DNA of 64,000 bases from Lama guanicoe (Eukaryota): NCBI GenBank assembly GCA_013239625.1, contig MU054187.1, forward strand, positions 12,627,325-12,691,324, read 5' to 3'. The position numbers were made by a program, and so were the translations under genes. The notes beneath the pieces are model-generated. The model saw only the letters and a program-made list of their open reading frames with translations, was not told the DNA's origin and ran no database searches. This document shows positions 12,790-25,795 of the stretch, in pieces; within the stretch, counting starts at the first letter, position 1; the number at the start of each line of letters is the position of its first letter.

Positions 12790-14490
12790 TTTAAATGCAT
12801 TTTAATTGAATTCAACATACATAAAAGTACACTAATCATAAATACACAGCTCAATGAATTGTTGCAAAGTGAGCATATCTGTGTCACTATAACCCAGATC
12901 AAGGAAGAGAGTATTACCAATCCCTTCCAAAAGTCTACCTAGGTCCCTCCCCAATGACTAGCCTCTCTCCACCCCTAAGGTAATTACCTTGACTTCCAAT
13001 AACATGGGTTATTTTGCTCATTTTGGAACTTTATATAGCTTGGATCATATAGTATGTGTTCTTTTATCATATATTCTTTTATGTCTGGTTTCCTACATTC
13101 AGTATTATGTTTCAGCTTTATCTATGTTATGTGTAGTAGTAATTCTCTCATTTTCATAGCCAATAGTATTCCTTGTCTCAGTATACCATAATTTATGATA
13201 TTGTTGATAGACATGTGAGTTGTTCACAGTTTTGAAAACTATTATGCTATGAACATTTAAAGACATCTTTTGGTGACCCAGTATCATTCACCATCCATTC
13301 TTCACTCCATCACAATGCCATTTTTGACAAATCAAGTGATCATGTGTGTATAGGTCTGTTTCTGTATTCTCTATTCTGTTCCATTGATCTGTTTTTGAGC
13401 CACTTGCATGGGAGACTGCCTGGGAAACTATGTTCTGTAGACTTAAAAAAAAGCCCTAACTACTCTAACTTAATTACTGTAACTTTATAATAACTCTTGA
13501 TATTTGCTAGTATAAGTTCTCCAACTTTGCTTTCCTTCTTTAAGACTATCTTGGCTATTTTTGGATCTTGTCTAAAAATTTTAGAATTGGTTTAATAACC
13601 AATGAACAGAATATATCCCTCCATTTATTTAGATTTTCCTTAATTTTCTTCAGTAATGTTCTGCAGTTTTCTGTGAGGGGTTTGTATATCTTTCATGAGA
13701 CTTGTTCCTAGGTATCTGATATTTTTGATACTAATGTAAATGGTATTATTAAAACTTTTTTATTTTATAGTCGTTTATTGCTGATCTACTGACACGCTGT
13801 TTATTTGTTGCCCTATTGTCCAGGAGTCTTGCTAAATCCTCTAGTTCATTCTAATAGTTTATCTATAACTTCTTTGGGATTTTTTTATTTATACAATAAT
13901 GTCATCTGTAAATAATGAAAGTTTTCTTTCTTTCCCATTGTAGAACTTTTATTTATTTATTTTTATCTTATTTACTTTGGCTAGGATTTAAATATATTGT
14001 TAAATAAAAGTGATGTTAGAGGGCTCTCTTATCTAGATATCAAAGGGAGATTTCCAACTTTTCACCATCAAAGATTATATTTGTTACAGTTTTTTTTGAA
14101 GTAAAGTAGACATACTTTATCAGATTAAGAAAGTTTTCTTCTATTTTCAGTTTGCTGAGAGGTTTGGAATTTTATCAGATTTTCCTTTGTACATTTATTT
14201 AGAGAATTATGTTTCTTTTTCTTCTTTTATTCTTTTAATGTGAGAAATTACATTGATTGATTTTCAAATGTTAATCCATATTTGAATTCCTGAAATAAAA
14301 CCAATTTTGCCATGATATAACATTTTTTATATATTGCTAGCTTCAGTTGCATATACATACCTATATATTTATATAGTATATATATTATGTTTTACCATAA
14401 ACATAAAAATATATAACACAATATTTATATACATTTAGGCTTTTTTGCATCTATGTTCATGAAAGAGATTGGACTATAATTTTTCTTTCC
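12790..14490 (-). mobile_element. Old L1 (L1MC/MD-like) 3' UTR and ORF2 fragments
   Basis: acataaaagtacactaatcataaatacacagctcaatgaatt; ctctattctgttccattgatct; tttttgcatctatgttcatgaaagagattgg. Confidence 0.8.
13402..13452 (+). pseudogene. 5S rRNA 3'-end retro-fragment with oligo(A) tail
   Basis: acttgcatgggagactgcctgggaaactatgttctgtagactt aligns by eye to 5S rRNA 3' end ACTTGGATGGGAGACCGCCTGGGAATACCGGGTGCTGTAGGCTT (36/44), then A8. Confidence 0.8.
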
Positions 14491-14510
14491 TTCAAACACT
14501 CAGTTCTTTC

Positions 14511-15361
14511 TTCTAGTTTTATTGAGATATGACTGATATACAGCACTATATAAGTTGAAGGTGTACAGCATAATGATTTGACTTATATATACCATGAAAT
14601 GATAATCACTGTAAGTTTAGTGAATCATCTCATACAGATACAAAATTAAAGTAATAGAAAAAAACTTTTCCTTATGGTGAGAAATCAGGATTTGCTCTTA
14701 ACAACTTTCATATATAACATAAAGCAGAGTTAATTATATTTATCATGTTGTACATTACATCCCTAGTATTTATTTATCTTATAACTGGAAGTTTGTACCT
14801 TTTGACTGCCTTTATCCAATTCCCCCTCCCCTGACTTCTTCCTCCGGTAACCACAAATTTGATCTCTTTTTCTGTGAGTTTGTTTGTTTTTGAATTATGA
14901 TTGACCTAAGAACAGTATGTTAGTTCCTGTTACACAACATAGTGATATGATATTTTACACATTTCAATATGATCATCATGATAAATCTAGTTACAATATG
15001 TCACCATACAAATAATATTATTTAGTTATTGACTATATTCCCCATACTGTATATTTCATACCTATGACTCATTTATTTTGCAACTGGAAATTTGTATCTC
15101 TTAATCTCCATTACTTATTTCTTTCCTCCCTCAACTCACTCCCCTCTGCCAACCACCTGTTTGTTCTCTGTATCTATAACTATTTCAGTTTTGTTATGTT
15201 TGCTCACTTGTTTTGATTTTTATATTCCACACGTAAGTATAATCATACAGTATTTGTATTTCTCAGTCTGACTTATTTCATATAGCATAATACCCTCCAG
15301 GTCCATCCATGTTGTCTCAAATGGCAAGACTTCATTCTTTTTTATGGCTGAGTAATATTCC

Positions 15362-15400
<39 letters not shown>

Positions 15401-17220
15401 CATTATATATAAATATCTATATAAATAAATATATGTATGTATCACATCTTCTTTATTCATTCATCTAGTAATAAGCACTTAGGTTCCTTGGATATCTTGT
15501 CTATTGTAAATAATGCTGCAGTGATCATAGGGGTGGATGTATTTTTTGGAATTGGTGCTTTCGTTTTCTTCAAATAAATACCCAGGAGTGGAATTGCTGG
15601 ATCATATGATAGTTCTATTTTTAATTTCTTGAGGAAACTTCATATTATTTTCCGTTGCAACTGTACCAGTTTACATTCCCACCAACAGTGCACGAGTTTC
15701 CTTTTCTCCACATCTTTACCAAAATTTATTAATTTTTAAATAATAGCTATTCTCACAGGTATGAGGTATTATCCCAGTGTGGTTTTGACTTGCATTGCCC
15801 TGATAGTTAGTGATATTGAGCATCTTTTCATATGCCTGTTGGCCATTTGTATGTCTTTGGAAAAATGCCTATACAGATCTTCTGCCCATTTTTAAGGAGG
15901 GTTGTTTGTTTTTTGATGTTGAGTTGTATGTGTTCTTTGAATGTTTTGGATAGTAACCTTATTGGATATGTCATTTGCAAATATCCTCTCCCATTCAGTA
16001 GATGGTCTTTTCATTTTATTGGTAGTTTCCTTTGCTGTGTAAAAGCTTTTTAGTTTGATGCAGTCCCATTTGTTTACTTTTGCTTTTTTTCCCCCTTGCC
16101 TGAGGAGACATATCCAAAAAAATATTACTAACTAGTATCAAAGAGCTTATTACTACCTATGTTTTCTTCTAGAAATTCTATGAATTCAGGTCTTACATTT
16201 AAATCTTTAATCCATATTGAATTTATTTCTGTGTATGGTGTGAGAGAGTAGTCCAGTTTGATGTTTTGAATGTAGCTGTCCAGTTTTCCCAACACCATTT
16301 ATTGAAAAGGCTGTCTTTCCCATTCTATATTTTTGCTTCTTTTGTCATAGACTAATTGCCCATACAAGTTTGGGTTCATTTCTGGACTCTGTTCTTTTCC
16401 AGTGATCTGTGATTCTGTTTTTGCCAATACCATACTGTTCTGATTATTTTAGCTTTATGGTATGGTTTGAAATCAGGGAGCATGATACCTCTAGCTTTGT
16501 TCTTCTTTCTCAAGAATGTTTGGGCTATTCAGGGCCTTTTATGTTTCCATACAAATTTTAAATTGTTTGTTCTAGGTTAGTGAAAAATGCCATTGGTATT
16601 CTGATAGGGATTGCATTGAATCTGTAGATTGCCTTGGGTAATATGATAATTTTAAGAATATTAATTCTTCCATTCTATGAGCACAGTTCATCTTTCCATG
16701 TGTTTGTGCTATTTTCAATTTCTGTCATCATTCTCTTACAGTTTTCTGAATATAGGTTTTTGCCTCATTAGTTAGATTTATTCCTAGGTATTTTATTCTT
16801 TTTGATGTGATTATAAATGGAATTGTTTTCTTAATTTCTTTTCCTGATGGTTCATTGTTAGTGTATAAGAATGAAACAGATTTCTGTATATTAATTTTGT
16901 ACTCTGCAACTTTACTGATTTCATTGATGAGTTCTAGGAGTTTTTTTAGTGGCATCTTTAGAGCTTTCTACATGTAGTATCATGTCCTCTGCAAACAGTG
17001 GCAGTTTCACTTCTTCCTTTCCAGTTTGGATTCCCTTTATTTCTTTTTCTTTCCTGATTGCTGTGGCTAAGACTTCCAATACTATGTTGAATAAAAGTGG
17101 CAAGAATGGGCATTCATATCTTGTTCTTGATCTTAGAGAAAATGCTGTCTTTTTGATTTCCACTTGCATGAAGTACCTTTTTCTATCCCCTTACTTTCAG
17201 TCTATGTCTCTAGATCTGAA
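14511..17220 (-). mobile_element. L1 (L1MA9-like 3' UTR) with ORF2 RT region, decayed
   Basis: Peptides [42 protein letters not shown] and KINIQKSVSFLYTNN...IKYLGINLT; long 3' UTR. Confidence 0.93.
15366..15397. repeat. (CA)n microsatellite within L1 3' UTR
   Basis: About 16 perfect dinucleotide units. Confidence 0.95.
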
Positions 17221-17654
17221 AGAAGACAGAGTGCCCAAAGACTGGGGAAGACCAGTGTAGAAGGAATCCAACATGGGTGGGTGCAGGGAGCAGACAGACT
17301 GTATCAGGGGGATCCAGAGAAGGGGAGAAATTAGGTGAGAGACTGGACATAAGGAGGGCTCCTATCCTTGGAAGGAATTGGAGGAAACAAAACCCTCAGA
17401 TACAAAGGAATCGGATCTGGGAACCAATCCAGAGATTAAGGAATAGATAACACCTACTTCCTGGGCTGGAGTATAAAATAGTTAATGCAACTGGGGAATG
17501 GCTCAGCTGGACTAGGGCTCAGCCAAGGGGTCTTACAGAGTTCCCATAAAGGGAACAGTAGTGGTCTCAGCTTTGGTCATTTGGTTATCATAAAACTAGA
17601 AGTATTTGAGAGCTGGGATCCAAACATGTTGTTCATGAGATCTTCTTACAGTGG

Positions 17655-17900
17655 AAGCATTGTTGATATAGTAACAGGGACTTGGGCTAGAATGAGACAC
17701 TTATGTTTCAGCTCTGCTGTTTATAATCTGTCTACTTTGGGTAGGTTACTTAACTCCTCTGAACTTTAGTTTCTCTATCTGGTGAAAAAGAAAATAATAA
17801 TATATATCTAATAGACATTTTTGGGGAAAGATTAAGTGAGCTAACATGTGGAAGCATTCTACTGAGTTCCAGGCACAGCATAGAAGCTCAGTGATAGTTT
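17655..17900 (+). mobile_element. MIR, near full length
   Basis: ttgggtaggttacttaactcctctgaactttagtttctctatctg...gattaagtgag...ccaggcacagcatag. Confidence 0.8.
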
Positions 17901-18599
17901 CTCTCCCTGTTGTTAGACATTCATATGCTTGGGTAAATGTTTTTGCATTTGCTGTATTAACAAAATTCATTTTGCCTGCCAAGAGCAAAACACTGTAACA
18001 GTGAATGGTTTTATTTGAAGAAGGTAGGAAAAAAGGAAGAAGAAATAATACTGAATGTTAGGCCTGGGTGAAGTATCCACTGGAGTATCACTGAAATGAT
18101 CTAGGGTATTCCAGAGTAGTCTTTTGGCACCTGGGAAGAGTGGCTTGCACATGTCCAGTTAACTGCTTCCTCATCTTTCTCTCCACTCTCCCTGCCACAT
18201 TACAGTAATTATAGAATGTACCTTTATTCTTATAATTATTTGATTACTAGCTGTCTTCCTCACTGGTCTGCAGGCTCCGTGAGAGTACGGGACCTATTTG
18301 TACTACATGCATTGTGCCCACACCATGCAAAGTGACCATGACAGTACCTAGCACACAGTGAGAGAGCACCAGCTCTGGGAAGGGGAACACTAAAAACTTG
18401 AGTGCTGAGATCAATTAAATCAAACTTCTCTTCCTTTATGATTTTGCCTAGGGTTTTCAGAATTGTTAAAATGCTGCACAGATATTAAGATTCATTTGAA
18501 GGATCTTTGAGATTTATAAACTCTTATCACTATCTACATCATGGGCATACTTTTCTTTCTGGAAGGTCTTGATATAGTTACTTATAAAATCTCTGCTTG

Positions 18600-18790
18600 G
18601 ATACAACCTACTACATATGAAATAAACAAGAAGGTCCTACTATCTAGTACAGGGTACTATATTCAATATCTTGTAGTAAGCCATAATGGAAAAGAATATG
18701 AAAAATACATATGTATGGAAAACTGAATCACTCTGCTGTACACCAGAAACTAACACAACATTGTCAATCAGCTATACTTGAATTAAAAAA
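18600..18790 (+). mobile_element. Short L1 3' end with poly(A) and TSD
   Basis: aactgaatcactctgctgtacaccagaaactaacacaacattg terminal motif; flanks aaaatctctgcttg (18586-18599) / aaaatctgcttg (18791-18802). Confidence 0.88.
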
Positions 18791-21529
18791 AAAATCTGCT
18801 TGTATCAGCAGCAGTGCATGTAAGGCCCATGAGGCAACAGCAATACTTTACAGCTGCTGTAAGTATTTTAAAGGGAATGAATAAAAAGATTATCCATACT
18901 TCAGTAAATTTTAGAAAAGTATGATGTCAAAATAATTATTCATCCCACTTATTTTTAGAAATACTTTTTAAACAAAAGAAATTATATTAATGGAGTACCT
19001 AAAAGTAGAATCTTATTGTGAAGGCTGAATATATATTACATTAATGATAAACAAAATTTTGTCTAAAAATATTGTGTGAAATATGAGAGTTACTGAAGAA
19101 TGAAAATATAAAATTCCACCTTAAAAGTATACTTACAATAAATTAAGTTCATATGTTAACTTTTATTAAGATTTTTTTTTTTGTTCAGGCATGAAAAATA
19201 ACCTGAAAAGTCAACAACTCTTTACTTACAAGAACTTTTTTGTTTTTGGCATTGGCACAAAAATGAAGGTTGCTAAATTTGAACAGCGAGAGATTTTTCT
19301 TGGAGAGTGGATATGAAATATGACATCTTCGTTTTTGGTGAAACACCAAAAATAATGCTGTGGAATTAAGTGAGTTCACCAGTTTTCAAATGAAAACAGT
19401 TCAGGGAAAGAATGCATAAGATGTAGACACTTAAGGAAAATGTTTGCGTTTACCTATCTCAGTTTGTCAGGATGTGATTGTGATGTTTTCCTAGGAAAAT
19501 GTCTACATGTTTGAGTAATTGTTTCCATTATTTTGAAATGAAAGAAACAAGAAAAAATATTTTAACTCGCCAGAGGAAGTGAAATAAGCATTTTCTACAT
19601 GATTTCCTTAGCTACCATTTATTGACCCTCTACTGTGCATGAGGCACTGGCCAAGGACTTCACATGTGTTCTCTTTGTCTTCACAACAGTTTTATAGATG
19701 TAGAAACTGATGCTTGCCCCATGTCCTAAATTGAATAGGAACAGCCTGAATTTTCACTCGGATCTGAGTTTCCATTAAAATATATAGCATCCTCCAAATT
19801 AAAGTTCTAAAAATGTGAACATGATAGATATAATTTTAAATGCATAACAGAATTCAAAGAATCCAATAAAACAAAGTAGCTTCTTTTCTGAAGTGGTCAA
19901 TTAATAATAGCATATATAGAAAGATTTTCATATAAATCTTTTCATATAAATCTCTTAACAAATCTCTTAGATAAAGGGTTACTACTGATTTCCAATCTCC
20001 GTACTGAGAATCATTATCTATTGAGCTAATTATAGTGGTGACATTTTTCTTGAATAGCAAGAATGATGACATTTTATCAGTGTAAACATTCATTCGTCTA
20101 AAATCTTTTCTGAGCTGATTATGGGGTATTATCGTTGGTGATGAGATGAAGAGGCTGAGATAAACACAGCAAAAACCCCCTAAATGGGCTACTGGGAAAA
20201 TAGCTTATCCGACAGAGAAAGGGTAGGCAGTCCCTAAAACCAACAACGGCAGGATGCTCTCAGGGACAGCAGGATCTGTCTCTGCCCTTGCCATGTATGG
20301 CATATGACAAACAGTAGTGAAAATTAGCCATTATTGGCATTTGTCAACTCTCTGGCTCTGCGGCAGGAAAACGGAAACAGCAGCAATCATGCTCAATTTA
20401 AGTCTCTCGTGATGTCAGGCTATTCACGGACTCACACGGACATCAGAAGAGACTCAAAAAGGTTTACAGATGTGCAGTCAGCTATGACAGTGATGCTGCC
20501 AATGTGGCTCGCGGATCAACTCATGATTAAGATATCAAAAGCGATCCCTGTAGCTTGCTGACAGCTGGTTCAATTGTTTGCACCTGTTTCCCCAGCATTA
20601 CACATGTGTCTGGAATGGATTATTCTGGCTTGTGCTAGACACATTTCACCTTTCCTCACTGTGATGTCCTCCAGGAGCAGCACAGCTGAAGACCAGGTGG
20701 CTCTTACAAGAGCCCGTGGAACGAAGAAGTCAGTGTGCTTTTAGAAATAGTTCTGGGATGTCGGGGCTGCCAAGGTTATCAGTTAAGATTGGTTCTTGAT
20801 TACAGTTAACAGTGATATATGAATACTGCTCTCTTCTCCATGAATCAGGGAAAGCTCTGAATCTCAGAGGGATGCTCTGCTCTCTTCAGATAACAGCATC
20901 GCCGTTCATCCTGCCATCTTGAGTCTGTTGTGGAACCAGATAGGGGGTGTAAGTAAGTGAGTCAGTGAGCCATGCCGGTCTCCTGGACCTTCGTGTTGAC
21001 CTGGATACCTCTCTCACCCTAGAGGCAAATTCACCGTGACGCTGACCAAGCTCAGGCGTCAAATTCTTGCAATTGCATGGGTCCTTTCCCAGGTTCTGTG
21101 AGCTGCCCTCGCAAGGGGTTCACATGGTTATATATATTTGTAAAATGTGCAAAAGTAAGACATTTTAACCACAGTGGGTTAAGACTGTTGTTTCTGTCCA
21201 CTTTGACTTCTCCTCTGACATACTTCCCATCATGTGATGTGGTGCTGGAGTGGTTGTGGGCACTTTTAGTGTCTGGCAAAGGGGAAGCTGAGTTGCGGAC
21301 ACAGTTAGTTTGGGTTTAGTGGGATTTTTTTTTGCGGTTTTACAGTCACTTCCGCATATACTTAAATTATTGCTGGCTTCCAGGAATACTCTTGCTGTCC
21401 ATTATTTATGCCTAAATTTGAATTCATAGTCTATATTATTTTTCTTAAGGAGGGTAAAAGTTTCACGTGCCTCAATACCTGTTATCTTCTGCTTGTTCCT
21501 TTTATCTGGTCACCAAATCCTGTCAATTC

Positions 21530-21720
21530 CATTTAGTACTCTGGTAAACTGACTCTTGAAAAACCAAAAAGTCAGATTTATAGTGTTTGCTAATTTCTGT
21601 GGCTGATTTCCATTGATGATTCCAAGATACCAATGGTTTAGCAACCAGCTCAGAGAATTTCTGAATATGTAATGATTGACCCTTGCACGCTAGTACAAGA
21701 TGGCTTCCGTATGCCATGAA
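21530..21720. mobile_element. MER63A-like hAT-Blackjack MITE
   Basis: gatttatagtgtttgctaatttctgtgg...taccaatggtttagcaaccagctcagagaatttctgaa resembles MER63A. Confidence 0.65.
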
Positions 21721-21946
21721 TTCTCCCTCGGTAACAGTTCTACGAACTACCCTCTTTTCTAGTCTTCAGTTTTAATTACGTTGGTTCAGACTCTCTTCTC
21801 TCCCCAGCCCCATCTTCCCAAGACCACTGTTACAGCTTCTTATCATATTTCCAGCAAATTGGCTGTTTTGGGCTCAGTCTGTTTTCTAAAATATCACAAG
21901 ATTTACTTCTTGGGATGCCAATTTGACCATGTGAAACTCTTGCTTT

Positions 21947-22187
21947 TTTAAAATTGAAGAACGCTTGATTGACAGTGTTTCCCGTGTACAGCAAAGTGAT
22001 TCAGTTATACATACACATGTATCTATTCTTTTTCAGATTCTTTCCCATTTTAGGTTACTAAAAGATATTGAATATAGTTCCCTGTGCTATACAGTAGGTC
22101 CTTGTTGTTAATCTATTTTATATATGGTAGTGTATATCTGCTAATCCCAAATTTCTAATTTATTTTCCCCCTTCTTCCTCAGTGGGC
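21947..22187 (-). mobile_element. Short L1 3' end inserted in L2, with TSD
   Basis: gtgtacagcaaagtgattcagttatac motif; TSD ctcttgcttt at 21937-21946 and 22188-22197. Confidence 0.88.
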
Positions 22188-23160
22188 CTCTTGCTTTAAT
22201 CCTCTTCTGGCTTCCCTGTTATCCATGGGGGGAAATGTCAACTCCTGACCTTGTTTACAAGCTCTTTCATGTTCTGGCTCTTACCCATCATCAGGCCTCC
22301 TGTCCCTCCATAGCACTGGGGCTTCCTGAGTGAACTCAACACTTCCCAAACATGCTGAAACCATCACTTTCCTGTGCCTTTGTTCATGCTGTGCCTCTGC
22401 TTGAATTCTGCTTCTTTTCTTTCTCCACTTGGCAAACTCCTGTGTACATGTCTACACACTGGTCTGTTTTTCAGACTGTGAACAAGTTTCTCTACCCTAA
22501 GGCCACCTCAAGGATGTCTTCTGAGGGGACTCAGTGAATTCACAAAAGTTCACTTGAAAATCCAGGACACAGAGAGGGACAAAGGAATGAAATATCTCCA
22601 TATAAGGAGTTATATTTCCCCAAATTCCTTGTGCACCTGACCAAACTACCAAATAAGATCTTGTTCCACTATATGAGGCCACTCTCTTCATTACTGGCTC
22701 TAACGTGAATCACTATTGCAGGATTAAAGAAACTGTGCTTAAATATAGGCTCCCCAAGCAAGGAGTCAAACACTTAACCTCAAGTTTTCTGCTCACATCA
22801 GCTTTCAGGGGTAGTCATTATAATAATGCTCTTTGCTTGCTGAGCCTATGACCTGTGCCACATTGTCACATTAACAAACATCTGTGTCTCTTGCACTTTC
22901 AATTGCATTGTCTGTGAAGATTATTTACCTTCATAAAGTTCTTGGGTCCTCCAGCAGGGTCCTTTCCATACTTTTTATAGCACTGATGAGAATGCATGTA
23001 ATCATGAGTTTATTGGCCTGTCTTCTATGACTAGACTATATGCTTTTCAATAGGTGCCATGTCTTGTTAATCTTGGTATTTTCAATGCCTGAGAAAATGG
23101 AGTGTCAACAGCATGTAGGAACCCTCAATCAGTACGTAGAGTAAAGAATAGATGAATGGG

Positions 23161-23278
23161 ACCATGGGAAAACAAAGGAGAAAAAAATGAGAGCATGGAG
23201 ATTAAACAACATGCTACTTAAAAAAAACCAATGGATCAATGAGGAAATCAAAGAAGAAATTAAAAAATACTTTGAGAC
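23161..23278 (+). mobile_element. Internal L1 ORF2 fragment, no tail, with 18-bp TSD
   Basis: tggagattaaacaacatgctac...aaccaatggatcaatgaggaaatcaaagaagaaattaaaaaatactttgagaca (WRLNNMLL..NQWINEEIKEEIKKYFET). Confidence 0.85.
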
Positions 23279-25003
23279 AAAGAATAGACGGATGGGTATA
23301 TGAATGAAAGGATGTGGTAGGCAAGGCAGTGTTTAGGGTAGGAGGAATAAGTTTTTTCCATGTCCAAACAAGTGGCAGTTAGAATACTCTATTCCAGGAT
23401 GATAGCATCGAACTACAACTCTGGAAATAACAGTGGAAGCTCTTGGTTTTGTCACTATTAATGTTTACAAGTATAATATCTTTATGAAATTAATCCTTAT
23501 TTTGTTATGGTAAAATTTAAACATTAAAAAAGAGATATAGTTGGGATGATAGGAGAAACGTTACTAGAATAGAAACCTGGTTTATGCATGTAGTGGATAT
23601 ACCATGAGTACCCAATGTGTACTTAGTGTTATTTGAGAATAGGGAATGAACAGGGCCAACTGGGGGAAGAGGTGGTTAGATAAGAGAGGAGAAAAGGAAA
23701 AGCAGAGCGCAAAAGAAATGCAGAAGAGGCTGTTGTGATTAGTAGAGAAACACTTGCTACTGGGTATGTGGGAAAAACTGGGATGGAGCACAGGCATGAG
23801 GGAAAGAACGAATACTTAGAAGAGAAAGGCAGTAAGCTAAGTGAAAAAATGATAGGGATTTCTGAAATGGGTGAGAAGATCAGTGAAGGCACTAATTTCA
23901 GGCTGATTTACAAAGCACTTTCTGATACATTATAAATAAACATTATATGTTGATGTATCTGAAATTTATGTCAGTGTTTCCCAAACTATGATCTGTGTAA
24001 CACGAATGTATTCAAGATGGTCAGAGCTGTTTCACTGGGAAAATCTTCCGCATACCTTATAAACAACCTTCTTGTAAATTTATTTGCTCACTTAGATATT
24101 AAAGGCTCTGAAAATTTAAAAAAACATTTCCCCCTTTTTAAACTCAACTTACCCCAAACAGATCTAACCTTCTTCACTACTTTTGTGAAACATCTACTGA
24201 GACATCAAAGGATGAGAATTTTCCCTGGTACAAAGATATTTTTGATATTTTTATATATGTATGTCATTTAATTTACTTTAAGGAAAACCCAAAATGTGAC
24301 ATGGAGGTTAACTGTTTGTTTCAACCAGCCTTAATTTTTAATATTTACAGAGACAAAAAATATGTACAAGCAACTTACTGTTTGAAGCTCCATTTTCTTC
24401 TCTTTGGTATGGTAGTGGATAACTGCCCCACCAATTGTGAGGATGAGGGCAAGAGTACCTTTGAAAATGCATTCAAAAAGTTTAGAACAGCCACTGGGGA
24501 GGCAGCATGACCAGACCGCCAGACTACGAGTCAGGAGACCCTCCTGCCAAACTGTCAGCCTCCAAAGTTAGTTCCAACTTGTTCCTCCTCCCAGATGGCC
24601 CAGACATATGATGGCTAGCCTTCTGCAAAGAAGAAATAGGGAATACAGTGGAATCACATCATGTGCACATGTAACTGAAACAAGTCCAACTCTAGTTGTT
24701 CAGAGAGAGAGGGTGGAAATCATACCATAGATTCTACCCACCAGCTCACAAATTGATTATGCATCCAGGTGTGAGCAGGAAATGGAAGGGAGAAATCTAT
24801 TTCCCTTGATCAGTCTTAGTTCTTTTTTGTTTCTCCATGGTGTGAGCATCTTGCAGGGCTGAGTGTGATTACAGTATTAAAGATACAAGTTTTGCTTATC
24901 ACATGATCCTTAAGTGCAGTCCAACTTTATTATTTGCTGCTCAACTGAAGAAATAGTCACCTGGGCCAAAGCTGCAGGAAAACTGATTCTTTTGGATCTT
25001 TCA

Positions 25004-25186
25004 GAGCATTCTGTCCAAAAGAACTTTTCGTGATGACAGAAAAGTTTTATGGTCTGTAGTGTCCAGTATGGCAGCAAGTGGCCACATGTGGCTGTCGAGT
25101 ACTTGATGTGTGGCTAGTGTGACAGAGAATTTAAATGAGTAAAAGTTAACTTAAACAGCATAGCCTCATGCTACTATATTGAACAA
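25004..25186. mobile_element. MER3 hAT-Charlie MITE
   Basis: ctgtccaaaagaacttttcgtgatga...gccacatgtggctgtcgagtacttga..tgtggctagtgtgac. Confidence 0.8.
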
Positions 25187-25795
25187 TATTAGTTTTCTAT
25201 TTCTGTTTGGCAAATTTCCACAAACTCAGCAGTTTACACACCCCCATTTATTAGCTCACAGTTCTTTAGGTCAGAAGTCTGGGCTACCTTGACTGGGTTT
25301 TCTGCTTAGAGTCTCAAAAGACTGAAATCAAGGTGTTGGCTAGGCTGGGCTTTTAACCAGAGACTTGGGAAGAATCTGCTTCCAAGCTCAATTCAGGTTA
25401 TTGACAGAATTCAGTTTCTTATGGTTGTAGGACTAAGGGCCTCGTTTCCTCGCTGGCTGTTGGCCAGGGGTTACTTGCAGCAGATAGTGGCCAGTCTCTG
25501 GTCGGTCCTCCCACATGCCCCTTCCATCTGTAAGCCACAGTGGCTTAGCAAATCCTTCTGGTGCTTTGAGTCTTTCTGATTTCCCCTTCTGCTACCAGCC
25601 TGAGAAAACACTCTGCTTCTAAAGGGTTCACTTGATTGGGCCAGGCCTACCCAGATAATCTCTGTATTTTAAGGCTAACTGACTAGGGACTTTGCATCTA
25701 CAAAATCCCTTCACAATGGTTCTTAGATTAGTGTTTGATTGACTAACCAGGATTGGGACCCTCGGGAGGCCACCTTCAGAATTCTGCCTACCACA
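25187..25795 (-). mobile_element. MLT1E-like MaLR solo LTR
   Basis: tttattagctcacagttctttaggtcagaagtctggg...agaattctgcctaccaca; same family as 7773-8358. Confidence 0.82.

Noticed and set aside
10247..17260. ORFs with RT-like peptides as host genes
   Set aside because: Frameshifted L1 ORF2 remnants or their antisense frames.
7773..25795. Two MLT1E-like LTRs as ends of one provirus
   Set aside because: 17 kb apart, visibly diverged, no MaLR internal sequence seen between; independent solo LTRs.
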